From an uncultured virus (IMG/VR IMGVR_UViG_3300025705_000475) (taxonomy: Duplodnaviria > Heunggongvirae > Uroviricota > Caudoviricetes): 64,000 nucleotides of DNA. The stretch lies in IMG/VR virus record IMGVR_UViG_3300025705_000475; one strand, written 5' to 3'. Below are positions 51,536-60,718 of this stretch, one piece after another (position 1 is the first letter of the stretch; each line of letters starts with the position of its first letter). The notes under the pieces were generated by a model. That model did not search any database and was not told where the DNA came from. It saw nothing but the letters and a program-made list of their open reading frames with translations. The position numbers and the translations under genes are program-made.

Positions 51536-52372
51536 TTAATTAAATTTATTAAATCTATTAAACATTTCTCTTATTGTTTTTCTATCCTTATCAAACGACT
51601 CATGTAAGTCCTCATCAACTTCTTCGTACATAGAACCACATTCCACACATTCACCTTCATCAAGTTCAGAACCACACTGTTCACAAGTATCACACTCTTC
51701 ACCCATCTCTTTTGATAATGAAAAAATCTTACCAATAGGTTTATCCATTTTAGCTACGGTTACTAAACTTTCGTCAGTTTCACCACACCCCTCACACATT
51801 TCTTCATCTATCGTCTTCGAGTCTGTTTCAACAAAACCTATTGACATGTTGGTAGCTTGTTCCCCATATACATCAACATTTCCACCCTGAGAATCAAACT
51901 CATACGCCGAATCTTCATCATTGAATTTTTCTTTTCCGTCCATGTGAGTATCCATCATACTCTCTTCATCATGATATTCTGCAGGTGACATATCACCACC
52001 AAACATTTTCATTATGGAATCAATATCTAAACCATATGAATCGTCAGAGTAGGAACCATCAAATTGTTCGGGTCCACCCGAATCATAATCGTAGGCCGAA
52101 TCCACATTAGATAAATCCATGTCGTCCGCCTCCATTTCGTTAGTTTCTTTTTTTGATACTACCTTCGATTCATTAACATTATGATTACGATAAGTTTTTA
52201 CGTTACCTTGATTATCAACGGTGATACCCCCATCGTCTTTAATACTATTATCAACCGTTAATGGTTGTAAATTACTTGGTACGTTACCTGTGGCATAACC
52301 ATTATAAAATGATGAATGATTTTGAAGAATAGAATTTTTTTCTTCATCTGATATTGTCATATAATTTCTCAT
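51536..52372 (-). CDS. acidic late protein with Cys pairs
   Basis: CEGC, CEQCG, CVECG in an acidic sequence; TATTTATA upstream. Confidence 0.65.
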   Translation of the reverse strand: MRNYMTISDEEKNSILQNHSSFYNGYATGNVPSNLQPLTVDNSIKDDGGITVDNQGNVKTYRNHNVNESKVVSKKETNEMEADDMDLSNVDSAYDYDSGGPEQFDGSYSDDSYGLDIDSIMKMFGGDMSPAEYHDEESMMDTHMDGKEKFNDEDSAYEFDSQGGNVDVYGEQATNMSIGFVETDSKTIDEEMCEGCGETDESLVTVAKMDKPIGKIFSLSKEMGEECDTCEQCGSELDEGECVECGSMYEEVDEDLHESFDKDRKTIREMFNRFNKFN

Positions 52373-52459
52373 AATCTTTGTTTTTACTATAAATATGTTG
52401 ATATATTCATTTCTCGTTTGACATAGTAAACAGATTAAGTTATATTTTAAATAAAAACT

Positions 52460-52717
52460 ATGAATAGAGAAGAAATAGATGAAATTGCTGAAGGAGCAAT
52501 TGTTATGGACGGGTTCGATGATTGTATCGTTGGAGTTAGTGAAGAATTTGGTCGTGGAACGAGAATTGTGTATTCAAAACAACGTATCATTCAAAAAATG
52601 GTAAAAACTGACCTTATGACTGAAGAGGAGGCTGATGAATATTTTTATTTTAATATGGTGGGTGGACATTTTGGTGAAAGAAACCCAATTTTCTTAACTA
52701 CTTCTATGGCAGTTTAA
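52460..52717 (+). CDS. conserved phage hypothetical protein
   Basis: DGFDDCIVG...EEADEYFYFNMVGGHFGERNPIF, a common phage small-protein pattern. Confidence 0.7.
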   Translation: MNREEIDEIAEGAIVMDGFDDCIVGVSEEFGRGTRIVYSKQRIIQKMVKTDLMTEEEADEYFYFNMVGGHFGERNPIFLTTSMAV

Positions 52718-52756
52718 TATTTTATCCGTATATTTGTTTTAACAAAAAAAGATACA

Positions 52757-53149
52757 ATGTCAGATTTTATAGAACAATTTAAAGCGGATAAAGGGGTAAG
52801 GGACTTAGTTAAGAGAAAAGTCTTAACCTCACAAGATTTGAGTGCATCTTGGAGATATGACTCTCACGACTTGAATTTCAGAATTACACATATTAAGAGA
52901 GACGGTAAATGGAGTACCTCAATGATTGTTAATGTTGCAGTTTCTGGTGGATTGAAGGGTTGGGGTTGGAGAAGCGATGAAAATGGTCTATGTAATATTA
53001 ATAATACTCGTGACTTTCGTAGTGCCGTCTCAAGAAATCGTGAGATTAGACGTTTTGTTGAAAAGTCGGTAGCACATGAACTTAAACTTTTTGGGATTAA
53101 ATCGTGGGAGGTTAATATTGGTAAATTAAATATTAAAGAATCTATTTAA
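52757..53149 (+). CDS. hypothetical early protein
   Basis: 130 aa; TATATTTG promoter. Confidence 0.65.
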   Translation: MSDFIEQFKADKGVRDLVKRKVLTSQDLSASWRYDSHDLNFRITHIKRDGKWSTSMIVNVAVSGGLKGWGWRSDENGLCNINNTRDFRSAVSRNREIRRFVEKSVAHELKLFGIKSWEVNIGKLNIKESI

Positions 53150-53785
53150 TTATCTACCGAACATCATTATATAGTATTTAAGAGCCTTACTAGTTAGGGT
53201 TCTTATTTTTTTCTCTAAATTTCTATTCGAATAGTCATCGGTCCCTTCGTCTTCAACCATTTTCATAGCCATTCTAATAAATTCATCTCTTGTTTGTTGA
53301 GACATCTCCATTAACTCCTCAACCATGTCTTCATCATATTCTCTACCCGACTTCATTTCTTCAAATTCAATAAATTTTTGAAGATATTTTGGTCCAGAGA
53401 ATAAAAATTGACCTGATTCGAACATATTAACTAAACCTGACTCCCTAATCTTACTTAAAAAGTCAAAGAATATTTTTTCATTAGAATACTTAAAAATTTC
53501 TTTAAGACTTATTAGGTTATCTAAATTTGGGTTATTATGAGCTTCTTTTATATTTGTTTTTAAATCTCTCTCCATCATCCATATGTCCTCTGAAGACACT
53601 AAAGATAATGATGAACCATTTTCCCATTTAACTGAAATTATCTCCTCACCCTCATCAAACGGGTCTTTAGTGACGTTATTTACCACACCTTTAGTACCAC
53701 CAGGAACTGGTGAATATGGGTCTTTCATATAAATTAAAATTATATTATCACCTTCCTTTACACTTGGGTTTACATCTTTAGCCAT
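53150..53785 (-). CDS. DUF4314-like SH3-barrel domain fused to a helical domain
   Basis: M.DPYSPVPGGTKGVV...I.VKWENGSSLSLV..ED; C-terminal IRESGLVNMF. Confidence 0.6.
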   Translation of the reverse strand: MAKDVNPSVKEGDNIILIYMKDPYSPVPGGTKGVVNNVTKDPFDEGEEIISVKWENGSSLSLVSSEDIWMMERDLKTNIKEAHNNPNLDNLISLKEIFKYSNEKIFFDFLSKIRESGLVNMFESGQFLFSGPKYLQKFIEFEEMKSGREYDEDMVEELMEMSQQTRDEFIRMAMKMVEDEGTDDYSNRNLEKKIRTLTSKALKYYIMMFGR

Positions 53786-53858
53786 TTAAAGTCTTTTAAA
53801 ATAAATATAACGTATAACAGTTTAGTATTAGTGACATATTTATAATAAAACATTACAA

Positions 53859-54488
53859 GTGAAAGTTTTAGTTACAGAAGAACAATATCAAGTATTATTA
53901 AACGAGAGAATCGGAGAACAAGTAACGTCTACCTTAAAAAGGTTAGATAAATTACTTAAAAAAATAATTACAGACGTAAAACAACAATTTGGTATTAGTA
54001 CTAAATTCGCTCTAACTTACGGAGCAGGTATCGGTGCACTTATGGAACCTGTTGAAAAATACCTTAATGGTGAGTTTACAGGTTTAGAATCTTGGCAGGT
54101 ATCCTCATTGGTTATTGCCGCAATATCTATCGTTTATTTTGAAGGTAAGGAGTATGATAAGCTCAGAGAAGATATTGAACAACAAGGTTTAGATGATGAA
54201 TTAAAGTCTGCGGTTAGTAAAACACAACAACTTAAAGATAAATTTAGCTCAATGTTAACCGTTCTCGGTATAAGTGTGTATAGAGGTGGAGATATATTAG
54301 CCTACACTTTTTTATTACCTATTTTAGGTATGATTATTAATGTAGCAAATACTTTTGGTTTTGATTCTGTAGAGATGGCGACATTGTCAACATCATTAGT
54401 TCATTCAGGTCTTATAACTGTTTCGTCAGTAGTCTTTAGAGACGTAATGCAGAAAATAGCTAGTAAGTTATCTAGTCGACACCGATAA
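53859..54488 (+). CDS. late membrane-associated hypothetical protein with leader
   Basis: Starts MKVLVTEEQYQVLLNE; hydrophobic helices; TATTTATA upstream. Confidence 0.6.
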   Translation: MKVLVTEEQYQVLLNERIGEQVTSTLKRLDKLLKKIITDVKQQFGISTKFALTYGAGIGALMEPVEKYLNGEFTGLESWQVSSLVIAAISIVYFEGKEYDKLREDIEQQGLDDELKSAVSKTQQLKDKFSSMLTVLGISVYRGGDILAYTFLLPILGMIINVANTFGFDSVEMATLSTSLVHSGLITVSSVVFRDVMQKIASKLSSRHR

Positions 54489-54804
54489 AATTAAAATCTT
54501 TATCGACCTCATAGTAGTGTACACTCATAGAGTAGTATAAGTCTTTAACTTTATTTTTTTCTCTTAGTTTACCAATCTGATTTCTTTTATCAGATTCACC
54601 CATCATTATACCGATAACTTTTTTACCTTTTGGTGGTTTATATTCAGTTGGTAAACTAACAGTGACTGGTACTGGTTTAATAAAATCTAAAATACTATTA
54701 ATTAATTTTGTTTTCGTACCTGTACGGTGAAGAGAGTACTCTTTACAGATTAGTTTAATTTCAACTAATGATAACTTCTTTAAATTTTCTCGTGTGTGTT
54801 CCAT
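54472..54804 (-). CDS. SAP/HEH-like nucleic-acid-binding protein
   Basis: LKKLSLVEIKLICKEYSL..TGTKTKLINSI. Confidence 0.55.
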   Translation of the reverse strand: MEHTRENLKKLSLVEIKLICKEYSLHRTGTKTKLINSILDFIKPVPVTVSLPTEYKPPKGKKVIGIMMGESDKRNQIGKLREKNKVKDLYYSMSVHYYEVDKDFNFIGVD

Positions 54805-54851
54805 ATAACAAATATACGGATTTAATTGTAATAAAAAAAATATAATATAAT

Positions 54852-55319
54852 TTAATCGGGATAATGTACTATATTCTTTACACTAAACCAATTATATTCG
54901 AAACCATATTTTGCTTTAGCGTTATATTCATCATTGTGATTAGTCCAATCAAAACTACATGAACTTAAAAAACCAACCATATCATCACCCTCATCAGCGG
55001 CGGTTTTAGTTACAAATTCCATATTTTCATTTAAGTGATAATCGCCAAATGTATTTATCACTGCAGATAAAATTTCATCTAAGGCTTTACATAATGGTCC
55101 GTGGTCTGGGTCATCTACCATGAAAGGAATTTCAACTTCAAAATAAACTGTACCGTTTTGATTAGCACCATATATTTTAGTTATTAAATTTGTCGCCTTT
55201 AATTTCCTAAGTAGTGGGGATTTACTTTCAACTACGTACAATAGTATTTGTACGGCTCTTCTAGCTACACCTCTAAATTCTTCTTCACTTTTAAATTCCA
55301 TATCTTTTTTCGTATTCAT
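54852..55319 (-). CDS. hypothetical protein
   Basis: 155-aa ORF. Confidence 0.6.
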   Translation of the reverse strand: MNTKKDMEFKSEEEFRGVARRAVQILLYVVESKSPLLRKLKATNLITKIYGANQNGTVYFEVEIPFMVDDPDHGPLCKALDEILSAVINTFGDYHLNENMEFVTKTAADEGDDMVGFLSSCSFDWTNHNDEYNAKAKYGFEYNWFSVKNIVHYPD

Positions 55320-56145
55320 CAGATAAGAAAGAGATTAACTCTAACGAATCTTTATCGTTTAATTTATGAGCATATTGACTTCTTTTAAACCAATCACCTA
55401 TAACTTGTTTAATTGGTTGATTACGAAGTTTAGCCACCCTTATAATACCTTTAAGTTCTGCCGGTATCTCGTGGCTCTGCTTATAGTAGTCTTTACCGCT
55501 AGGTTGTTCTTCACCATAACTGTGATGTATTTCATTATCAGGTCTCATATAATTTTCTTGAAATAGATGTTCTATTTCATGAGCAACTACGTCATTTATA
55601 TCTGCAATTAAATCGTACATAAGTGAAGGATAATGTTCAGGATTAATAATTATTAGTACTGAAATTGTATCTCCGTCAGACATTAATGCCCCATTAATCA
55701 TGTAGGGTTCTTTTATACTATAATCGGCATTGTAAGTTAATTCTATGGAGAATGACGGTATATTGTACGACCTACTTATGTTTAACTTTTTAAAGTCATT
55801 ATCAAAGTCATATTCAATTTCATTCGTTTCAGTAATGTCTTCAGGTAAAAAGTATTCACCATAATTTTCACTTTTAACAATATTTGTTATGTCTCTTACT
55901 ATACGTCTAATTGGTTCATTAATACCCTTAGCCTCATTTATGATGTTAGACTCATTGATAGATTCTTTAACAGTTAATAGTAACTCATTTGTAATAGTTT
56001 CGGGGTTTTCGTCTTCATAAAACCCTGTTTTTATTCTAAAATAGTTGTTCTTACCTAAATTACGCGCATAAGACTCAGAACCTACACTATTAGTTATAGT
56101 TTCTATAATACCATCATAATAATCTTGAAATTCATTACTTATCAT
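55291..56145 (-). CDS. zincin-like (HExxH) late protein
   Basis: VAHEIEHLFQ...YY..SHEIPA; likely start MISNEFQ, downstream of TATTTAT. Confidence 0.65.
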   Translation of the reverse strand: MISNEFQDYYDGIIETITNSVGSESYARNLGKNNYFRIKTGFYEDENPETITNELLLTVKESINESNIINEAKGINEPIRRIVRDITNIVKSENYGEYFLPEDITETNEIEYDFDNDFKKLNISRSYNIPSFSIELTYNADYSIKEPYMINGALMSDGDTISVLIIINPEHYPSLMYDLIADINDVVAHEIEHLFQENYMRPDNEIHHSYGEEQPSGKDYYKQSHEIPAELKGIIRVAKLRNQPIKQVIGDWFKRSQYAHKLNDKDSLELISFLSDEYEKRYGI

Positions 56146-56158
56146 ACTAATAAATATA

Positions 56159-56641
56159 TCAGTATCTGTTAAGTAGAAAAGGAATTGATAAACCCGCACC
56201 AAATTCTATAGTATTAGAAACATTTAGAATCAAAGCAATGTCTATTGAACGTGAATTTTGAGTAATAAGTTTAATTGGGTGTAGTCTAATCATTACATCG
56301 GGGTAAAAATCCGCAGGTTCACTTGTATAAAGAACCATTTTACCCCCAACCCCTACATTGATACCGTTTCTTAAAAATCCATAATTAATACCTAACCTAT
56401 TTGGGTAGGCTCCCGTTTGATTTATAATCGGGACCCCTCCAGTGTTAATTATATTTAATTGGCCCGTAGTATATATTCCCCATGGGGCATATGGGTTACG
56501 ACTATTGATTACAGATGTGTTAATATTATCTGTGGAAAGAAATAAGTCTCCACTACCAAATAACACACCAACCGTAGATGATTGTGAATAAACATTAGAT
56601 ATTGTCAGAAAAAATGTAATAATAATTGTAGTAAATCTCAT
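56159..56641 (-). CDS. secreted/outer-membrane beta-rich protein
   Basis: Signal peptide MRFTTIIITFFLTISNVYSQ; alternating hydrophobic strands, EFGAGLSIPF. Confidence 0.5.
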   Translation of the reverse strand: MRFTTIIITFFLTISNVYSQSSTVGVLFGSGDLFLSTDNINTSVINSRNPYAPWGIYTTGQLNIINTGGVPIINQTGAYPNRLGINYGFLRNGINVGVGGKMVLYTSEPADFYPDVMIRLHPIKLITQNSRSIDIALILNVSNTIEFGAGLSIPFLLNRY

Positions 56642-56693
56642 AAATGTTTTTTTTAATAAAACAAATATAACCACAAAAATTTAAATAAACAAA

Positions 56694-57545
56694 TTACAGA
56701 CTCTTTAACATTTCAATTAAAGGTGGATAAGGGTAAACGTCAAATTTGTCCTTACGATAATTGGTATGACTCCATATCCCAACACCCCCATGATTTGCTA
56801 ACTTGTTAAATTCAAATGGTCCCCAATCACTTCTATCAGCATCATTGTATGTTCTTACAGCGTACTTGGTATTTCCTCCGTTAAGTCCATCTTCGGTTAA
56901 AACTTTACCATTTAATCCTAAGTAACCTTTTTCATTTAAAAATTGTTGTTTCTCCAAAACATTTAAACCTTTAAATGATTGTTTAGTATCAAACAGTTCA
57001 ACCATACCTTTACAAACATCAATACCATATTCTAAACTATATTTATCTATCAAAAATTTAACAGACTCTATTTGTTTGTCGGTATATTTTTGATAGTATC
57101 GATATCCTCTCCAATTTTTACCTAAATCTACAACATCCTCTTCAGGTACTTTACTATTAACATATGTGAAATATTCCCCCTTAACTGATTTTACTAATGG
57201 ACCATAGTTACAAATTTCTATACCTATAGATTGTTCATTTAACTCTCTATTATTAGAATTCTTAGTACCTAAATGATGTGCCCATTGTTCAACAGGTAAA
57301 CCTTGTACAACTACCCCGTCCCAATCGGTATTACCATCTCTAGTGGACTTTCCTCCAATAACGAACTGAGTGGCAACTCTTAGTGGTCTACCTCCTTTAG
57401 TTCTATCTCTGTCCCACGAACTAAATACCCAATCTGGTCTGTGACTTCCTGCCGTATGGTGTAAAACTATGGTTTTTTTGTCTGTTTTATTTGAATAATA
57501 CTCATCCCCCTCTAAATATTGTTTTTTTATTTCAATTTTTTTCAT
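56694..57545 (-). CDS. N-acetylmuramoyl-L-alanine amidase (endolysin candidate)
   Basis: IVLHHTAG, WAHHLG, SIGIEICN, YTDKQIES, WSHTN..KDKFD; PG-binding-like insert EDGLNGGNTKYAV. Confidence 0.85.
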   Translation of the reverse strand: MKKIEIKKQYLEGDEYYSNKTDKKTIVLHHTAGSHRPDWVFSSWDRDRTKGGRPLRVATQFVIGGKSTRDGNTDWDGVVVQGLPVEQWAHHLGTKNSNNRELNEQSIGIEICNYGPLVKSVKGEYFTYVNSKVPEEDVVDLGKNWRGYRYYQKYTDKQIESVKFLIDKYSLEYGIDVCKGMVELFDTKQSFKGLNVLEKQQFLNEKGYLGLNGKVLTEDGLNGGNTKYAVRTYNDADRSDWGPFEFNKLANHGGVGIWSHTNYRKDKFDVYPYPPLIEMLKSL

Positions 57546-57577
57546 ATCTTTGTCTATGTATAATAATAAATATAACT

Positions 57578-58003
57578 ATGAACAATATTAATTTTTTCGC
57601 AGATAGACTTAGAAAAATTGGCGACGAAGCACTAAAGGAAGCGTTGTACCTAAATTTGAATGTTAACGAAGTTTTATTATCCTATGAAATTGCGGGAATC
57701 CCTTCACCAATTATGGTTAAGAAAAATACGTGGGCCGACATGGGAAGAGGATGGGGTAACGGTTATGTTAAAATTATTCCCTCACATAAAGACTACGGAA
57801 AGGGTTATGACGATATTGATGTAAGTGTACATGGAGGTTTAACATTTTCAGAAACCATACTATCAGGTGATGAATGGCCTGAAGGTCATTGGGTAGGTTT
57901 CGATACCGCACACTCAGGGGATGACATCAAATCGTGGCCTAAAGAATCGGTTTTAGATGAAACTAAAGATTTATTTAGTCAGATTTATAATATTAAAAGA
58001 TAG
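57578..58003 (+). CDS. conserved phage hypothetical protein
   Basis: NGYV..HGGLTFS..WVGFDTAH pattern. Confidence 0.7.
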   Translation: MNNINFFADRLRKIGDEALKEALYLNLNVNEVLLSYEIAGIPSPIMVKKNTWADMGRGWGNGYVKIIPSHKDYGKGYDDIDVSVHGGLTFSETILSGDEWPEGHWVGFDTAHSGDDIKSWPKESVLDETKDLFSQIYNIKR

Positions 58004-58010
58004 TGAATTT

Positions 58011-58604
58011 ATGAAGATTTTATTTAAACTATTTTTAATAATTTTAACTTTACCATTACATAGTCAAACATTAACTATTGAAAATGATACCATAAAAACT
58101 GATATATTTGATGTTATATACTCTGAAGAATTAGAACAACCCTTATGGATAACATATAAAGTATTGTGTCCTATGGGAACTCAAAGTAGAAGTGGTTTAA
58201 ACTTCTACACAAATGATAGTATTCATACTTCAAACAACGAAGATTACAAAGATAATATTTGGGATAAGGGTCATTTAGCTCCGGCATCGGCATTTAATTG
58301 TGATAGAGAAACACTTAAAAAAACGTTTACCTATTTAAATTGTGTGTTACAACATGAAGGACTTAATAGAGGACCATGGAAAGAGTTAGAACGATTCGAG
58401 GTAGGACTATCAAAAATATTTGAAAGTGTGATAGTGGAGATAAAAGTATGTTTTGAAGGTGAGTTAGGGGTCGTTAGTGGTGGAGCGACAATACCATCTG
58501 GATTTAAAAAGACTATAAAATTTGACAATAAGGAAATTATATTCTATTTTCCTAATGTTGATGTCTCTGGTAAGGATTGGGGACACTTTAAAATAGAAGA
58601 ATAA
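58011..58604 (+). CDS. secreted DNA/RNA non-specific endonuclease
   Basis: Signal peptide; WDKGHLAPA, TF.Y.N..LQ...LNRGPWKELE, IPSGF.K. Confidence 0.88.
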   Translation: MKILFKLFLIILTLPLHSQTLTIENDTIKTDIFDVIYSEELEQPLWITYKVLCPMGTQSRSGLNFYTNDSIHTSNNEDYKDNIWDKGHLAPASAFNCDRETLKKTFTYLNCVLQHEGLNRGPWKELERFEVGLSKIFESVIVEIKVCFEGELGVVSGGATIPSGFKKTIKFDNKEIIFYFPNVDVSGKDWGHFKIEE

Positions 58605-58991
58605 ATGGAATTACTAAATACTCATCCCATAAAAAAATCCGATTTAGGTTTTCATGGTAATCTATTTGGAGGTAAGTTATTAGCGTGGTTAGATGCAAGT
58701 GCCGCCGCGTTTGCGATGCAAGTCGCTGACACACCAAGAATGGTAACAGTTAAGATTGATGAGTGTCTTTTTAAGAAACCCGCCAAAGAGGGTCAACTAA
58801 TAAAGATGTATGGTAAGGTAGAAAGTATTGGTATAACATCATTAACTCTTTACATGGAAGCTCGTTCACATAATGTTTATTCAGGTAAACAAACAATTAT
58901 ATTATCGACTAAAATTAAATTCGTTAGAATTGATGAAACGGGGGACCCCATCCCAATATCTCAAAGGGTTAAAGATAAATACATTAAATAA
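58605..58991 (+). CDS. HotDog acyl-CoA thioesterase
   Basis: HGNLFGGKLLAWLD..AA..A; FVRIDETGDP. Confidence 0.88.
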   Translation: MELLNTHPIKKSDLGFHGNLFGGKLLAWLDASAAAFAMQVADTPRMVTVKIDECLFKKPAKEGQLIKMYGKVESIGITSLTLYMEARSHNVYSGKQTIILSTKIKFVRIDETGDPIPISQRVKDKYIK

Positions 58992-59008
58992 ATTAAATAA
59001 CAAAAAAA

Positions 59009-59440
59009 ATGAAAGTAGAAAAAGGTAACAACGTTAAAGTTCACTACACAGGAACTTTAGAAGACGGTAAAGAATTTGACAGTTCACGTAAACGTGGTGA
59101 AACACTTAATTTTGCAGTCGGCACTGGACAAATGATTGCAGGTTTTGATGCTGCTGTCGAGGGTATGGAAGTAGGTGAGATAAAGGACATAACTTTAGAA
59201 CCAACTCAAGCGTACGGGGAAAGAAAAGATGAGGCGGTAATGCCGGTTAATCGTAAGAACTTCCCTGAAGACTTTAAAGTTGAAGTAGGTGGTATGGTTC
59301 AAGGTCAGACTGAACAGGGTATGCCGATTCAAGCAACTATCGTAGGTGAAGATGAGGAAAATCTAATTTTAGATATGAATCACCCACTCGCTGGTAAGTC
59401 ACTAAATTTTAATATTGAATTAGTAGAAATAGTAGAATAA
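59009..59440 (+). CDS. FKBP-type peptidyl-prolyl isomerase (SlyD/FkpB-like)
   Basis: VKVHYTGTLEDG.EFDSS, AYGE, LDMNHPLAGKSLNF. Confidence 0.92.
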   Translation: MKVEKGNNVKVHYTGTLEDGKEFDSSRKRGETLNFAVGTGQMIAGFDAAVEGMEVGEIKDITLEPTQAYGERKDEAVMPVNRKNFPEDFKVEVGGMVQGQTEQGMPIQATIVGEDEENLILDMNHPLAGKSLNFNIELVEIVE

Positions 59441-59877
59441 TGGTTTATTGGTTTACAGGACAGCCGTCACATGGTAAGACCGTGTTGGCTAATATGTTTA
59501 AAGAATCTCATCTACCTACCGCATATAGAATTGATGGTGATGAGATGAGAGAATTGTTTACTAATAAAGATTATTCGATTAAAGGTAGGGTAACTAATGT
59601 GGATGCTGCTCAGAAAATTTCACATTATTTACACAATCAAGGAGATGACGTAATAGTTTCTTTAGTTTCACCTTATATAGACCAAAGAGAGGAATTTAAA
59701 AAACTATTAGGTGATGATTTAGTTGAAATTTATATTCACACATCAGAACCTAGAGAACGAGACCATTTTAAGTCTGAGGCGTATGTCGCACCTAAAGAAA
59801 ACTTTATCGATATCGATACCACTGTAGATACACCTGAAGAATCTCTTCAAAAAATTATATCTAAATTAGGATGGTAG
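59440..59877 (+). CDS. cysC: adenylylsulfate (APS) kinase-like
   Basis: YWFTGQPSHGKT, IDGDEMR, VIVSLVSPY. Confidence 0.7.
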   Translation: MVYWFTGQPSHGKTVLANMFKESHLPTAYRIDGDEMRELFTNKDYSIKGRVTNVDAAQKISHYLHNQGDDVIVSLVSPYIDQREEFKKLLGDDLVEIYIHTSEPRERDHFKSEAYVAPKENFIDIDTTVDTPEESLQKIISKLGW

Positions 59878-60239
59878 ATAAGAAATCGACAATATTTTGT
59901 GACATAGATGGAACGATATTCAAATATCGAAAGTTTGAAACGTATGAAACTTCATCAGTCGAAGTTTTACCTGAAGTAAAAGAAAAGTTGGAGTCGTGGA
60001 GTAAAGATGGTCATATGGTAATTTTAACTACCGCAAGACCTGATTACCTCCACGACCACACCGTTAAAGAATTACAAGAGAACGGAATAATGTATGACCG
60101 TTTAATTACAGGAATTGAGAGGGGTCCGAGAATCTTAATTAATGATATGGACCCTAATAAACCAGGTCAAAGAGCGTTTGGAGTAAACCTTAATAGAAAT
60201 GAGGGGTTCCAAAGTATCGATTGGTCTAATTATATTTAA
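59871..60239 (+). CDS. small HAD phosphatase
   Basis: FCDIDGTI, LTTAR, LIND. Confidence 0.8.
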   Translation: MVDKKSTIFCDIDGTIFKYRKFETYETSSVEVLPEVKEKLESWSKDGHMVILTTARPDYLHDHTVKELQENGIMYDRLITGIERGPRILINDMDPNKPGQRAFGVNLNRNEGFQSIDWSNYI

Positions 60240-60248
60240 ATTTAAATT

Positions 60249-60641
60249 ATGAGTGATTGGAGTAGTAAATTTCACGTAGAATCATCAATGCCGGCTAGAG
60301 ATGGTCAGTACGCGATGTTTGTAGGTAGATGGCAACCTTTACATAAAGGACATCAAGAGTTATTTAAACAAGCAATGGATAAAGGTAAAAATGTTTTAAT
60401 TTGTATTAGAGATGGAAAACCTAATGAAAAAAATCCATTTACGGCGACAGAAGTTAAAGAAAACATTATGAATCATTATTCTTCCGAAGTTGAATCAGGT
60501 AAAATTGCAGTAACGATTATCCCTGATATTTGTTCAATTGAATTTGGTAGAGGTGTTGGTTATGATATTATTGAACACACACCCCCTTCTGAAATCGGAG
60601 ATATCTCAGCGACTAAGATTCGTAAAGAAATGGGTCTTTAA
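60249..60641 (+). CDS. HxGH cytidylyl/adenylyltransferase-like
   Basis: GRWQPLHKGH, NPF, ISATKIR. Confidence 0.8.
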   Translation: MSDWSSKFHVESSMPARDGQYAMFVGRWQPLHKGHQELFKQAMDKGKNVLICIRDGKPNEKNPFTATEVKENIMNHYSSEVESGKIAVTIIPDICSIEFGRGVGYDIIEHTPPSEIGDISATKIRKEMGL

Positions 60642-60718
60642 GGTCAAAAATCAAATAATTGGGGCTCATTTTTTAATCTAAGTGAGCTCTATTTTACTAA
60701 TTAGTAAGCCAAAAAAAT

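Noticed and set aside
59009..59877. Bacterial chromosome origin suggested by gmd, clpC, cysC, FKBP, rpsU and ssrA
   Set aside because: These genes are interleaved with a complete T4-like head module and phage late motifs, so they are phage auxiliary genes.
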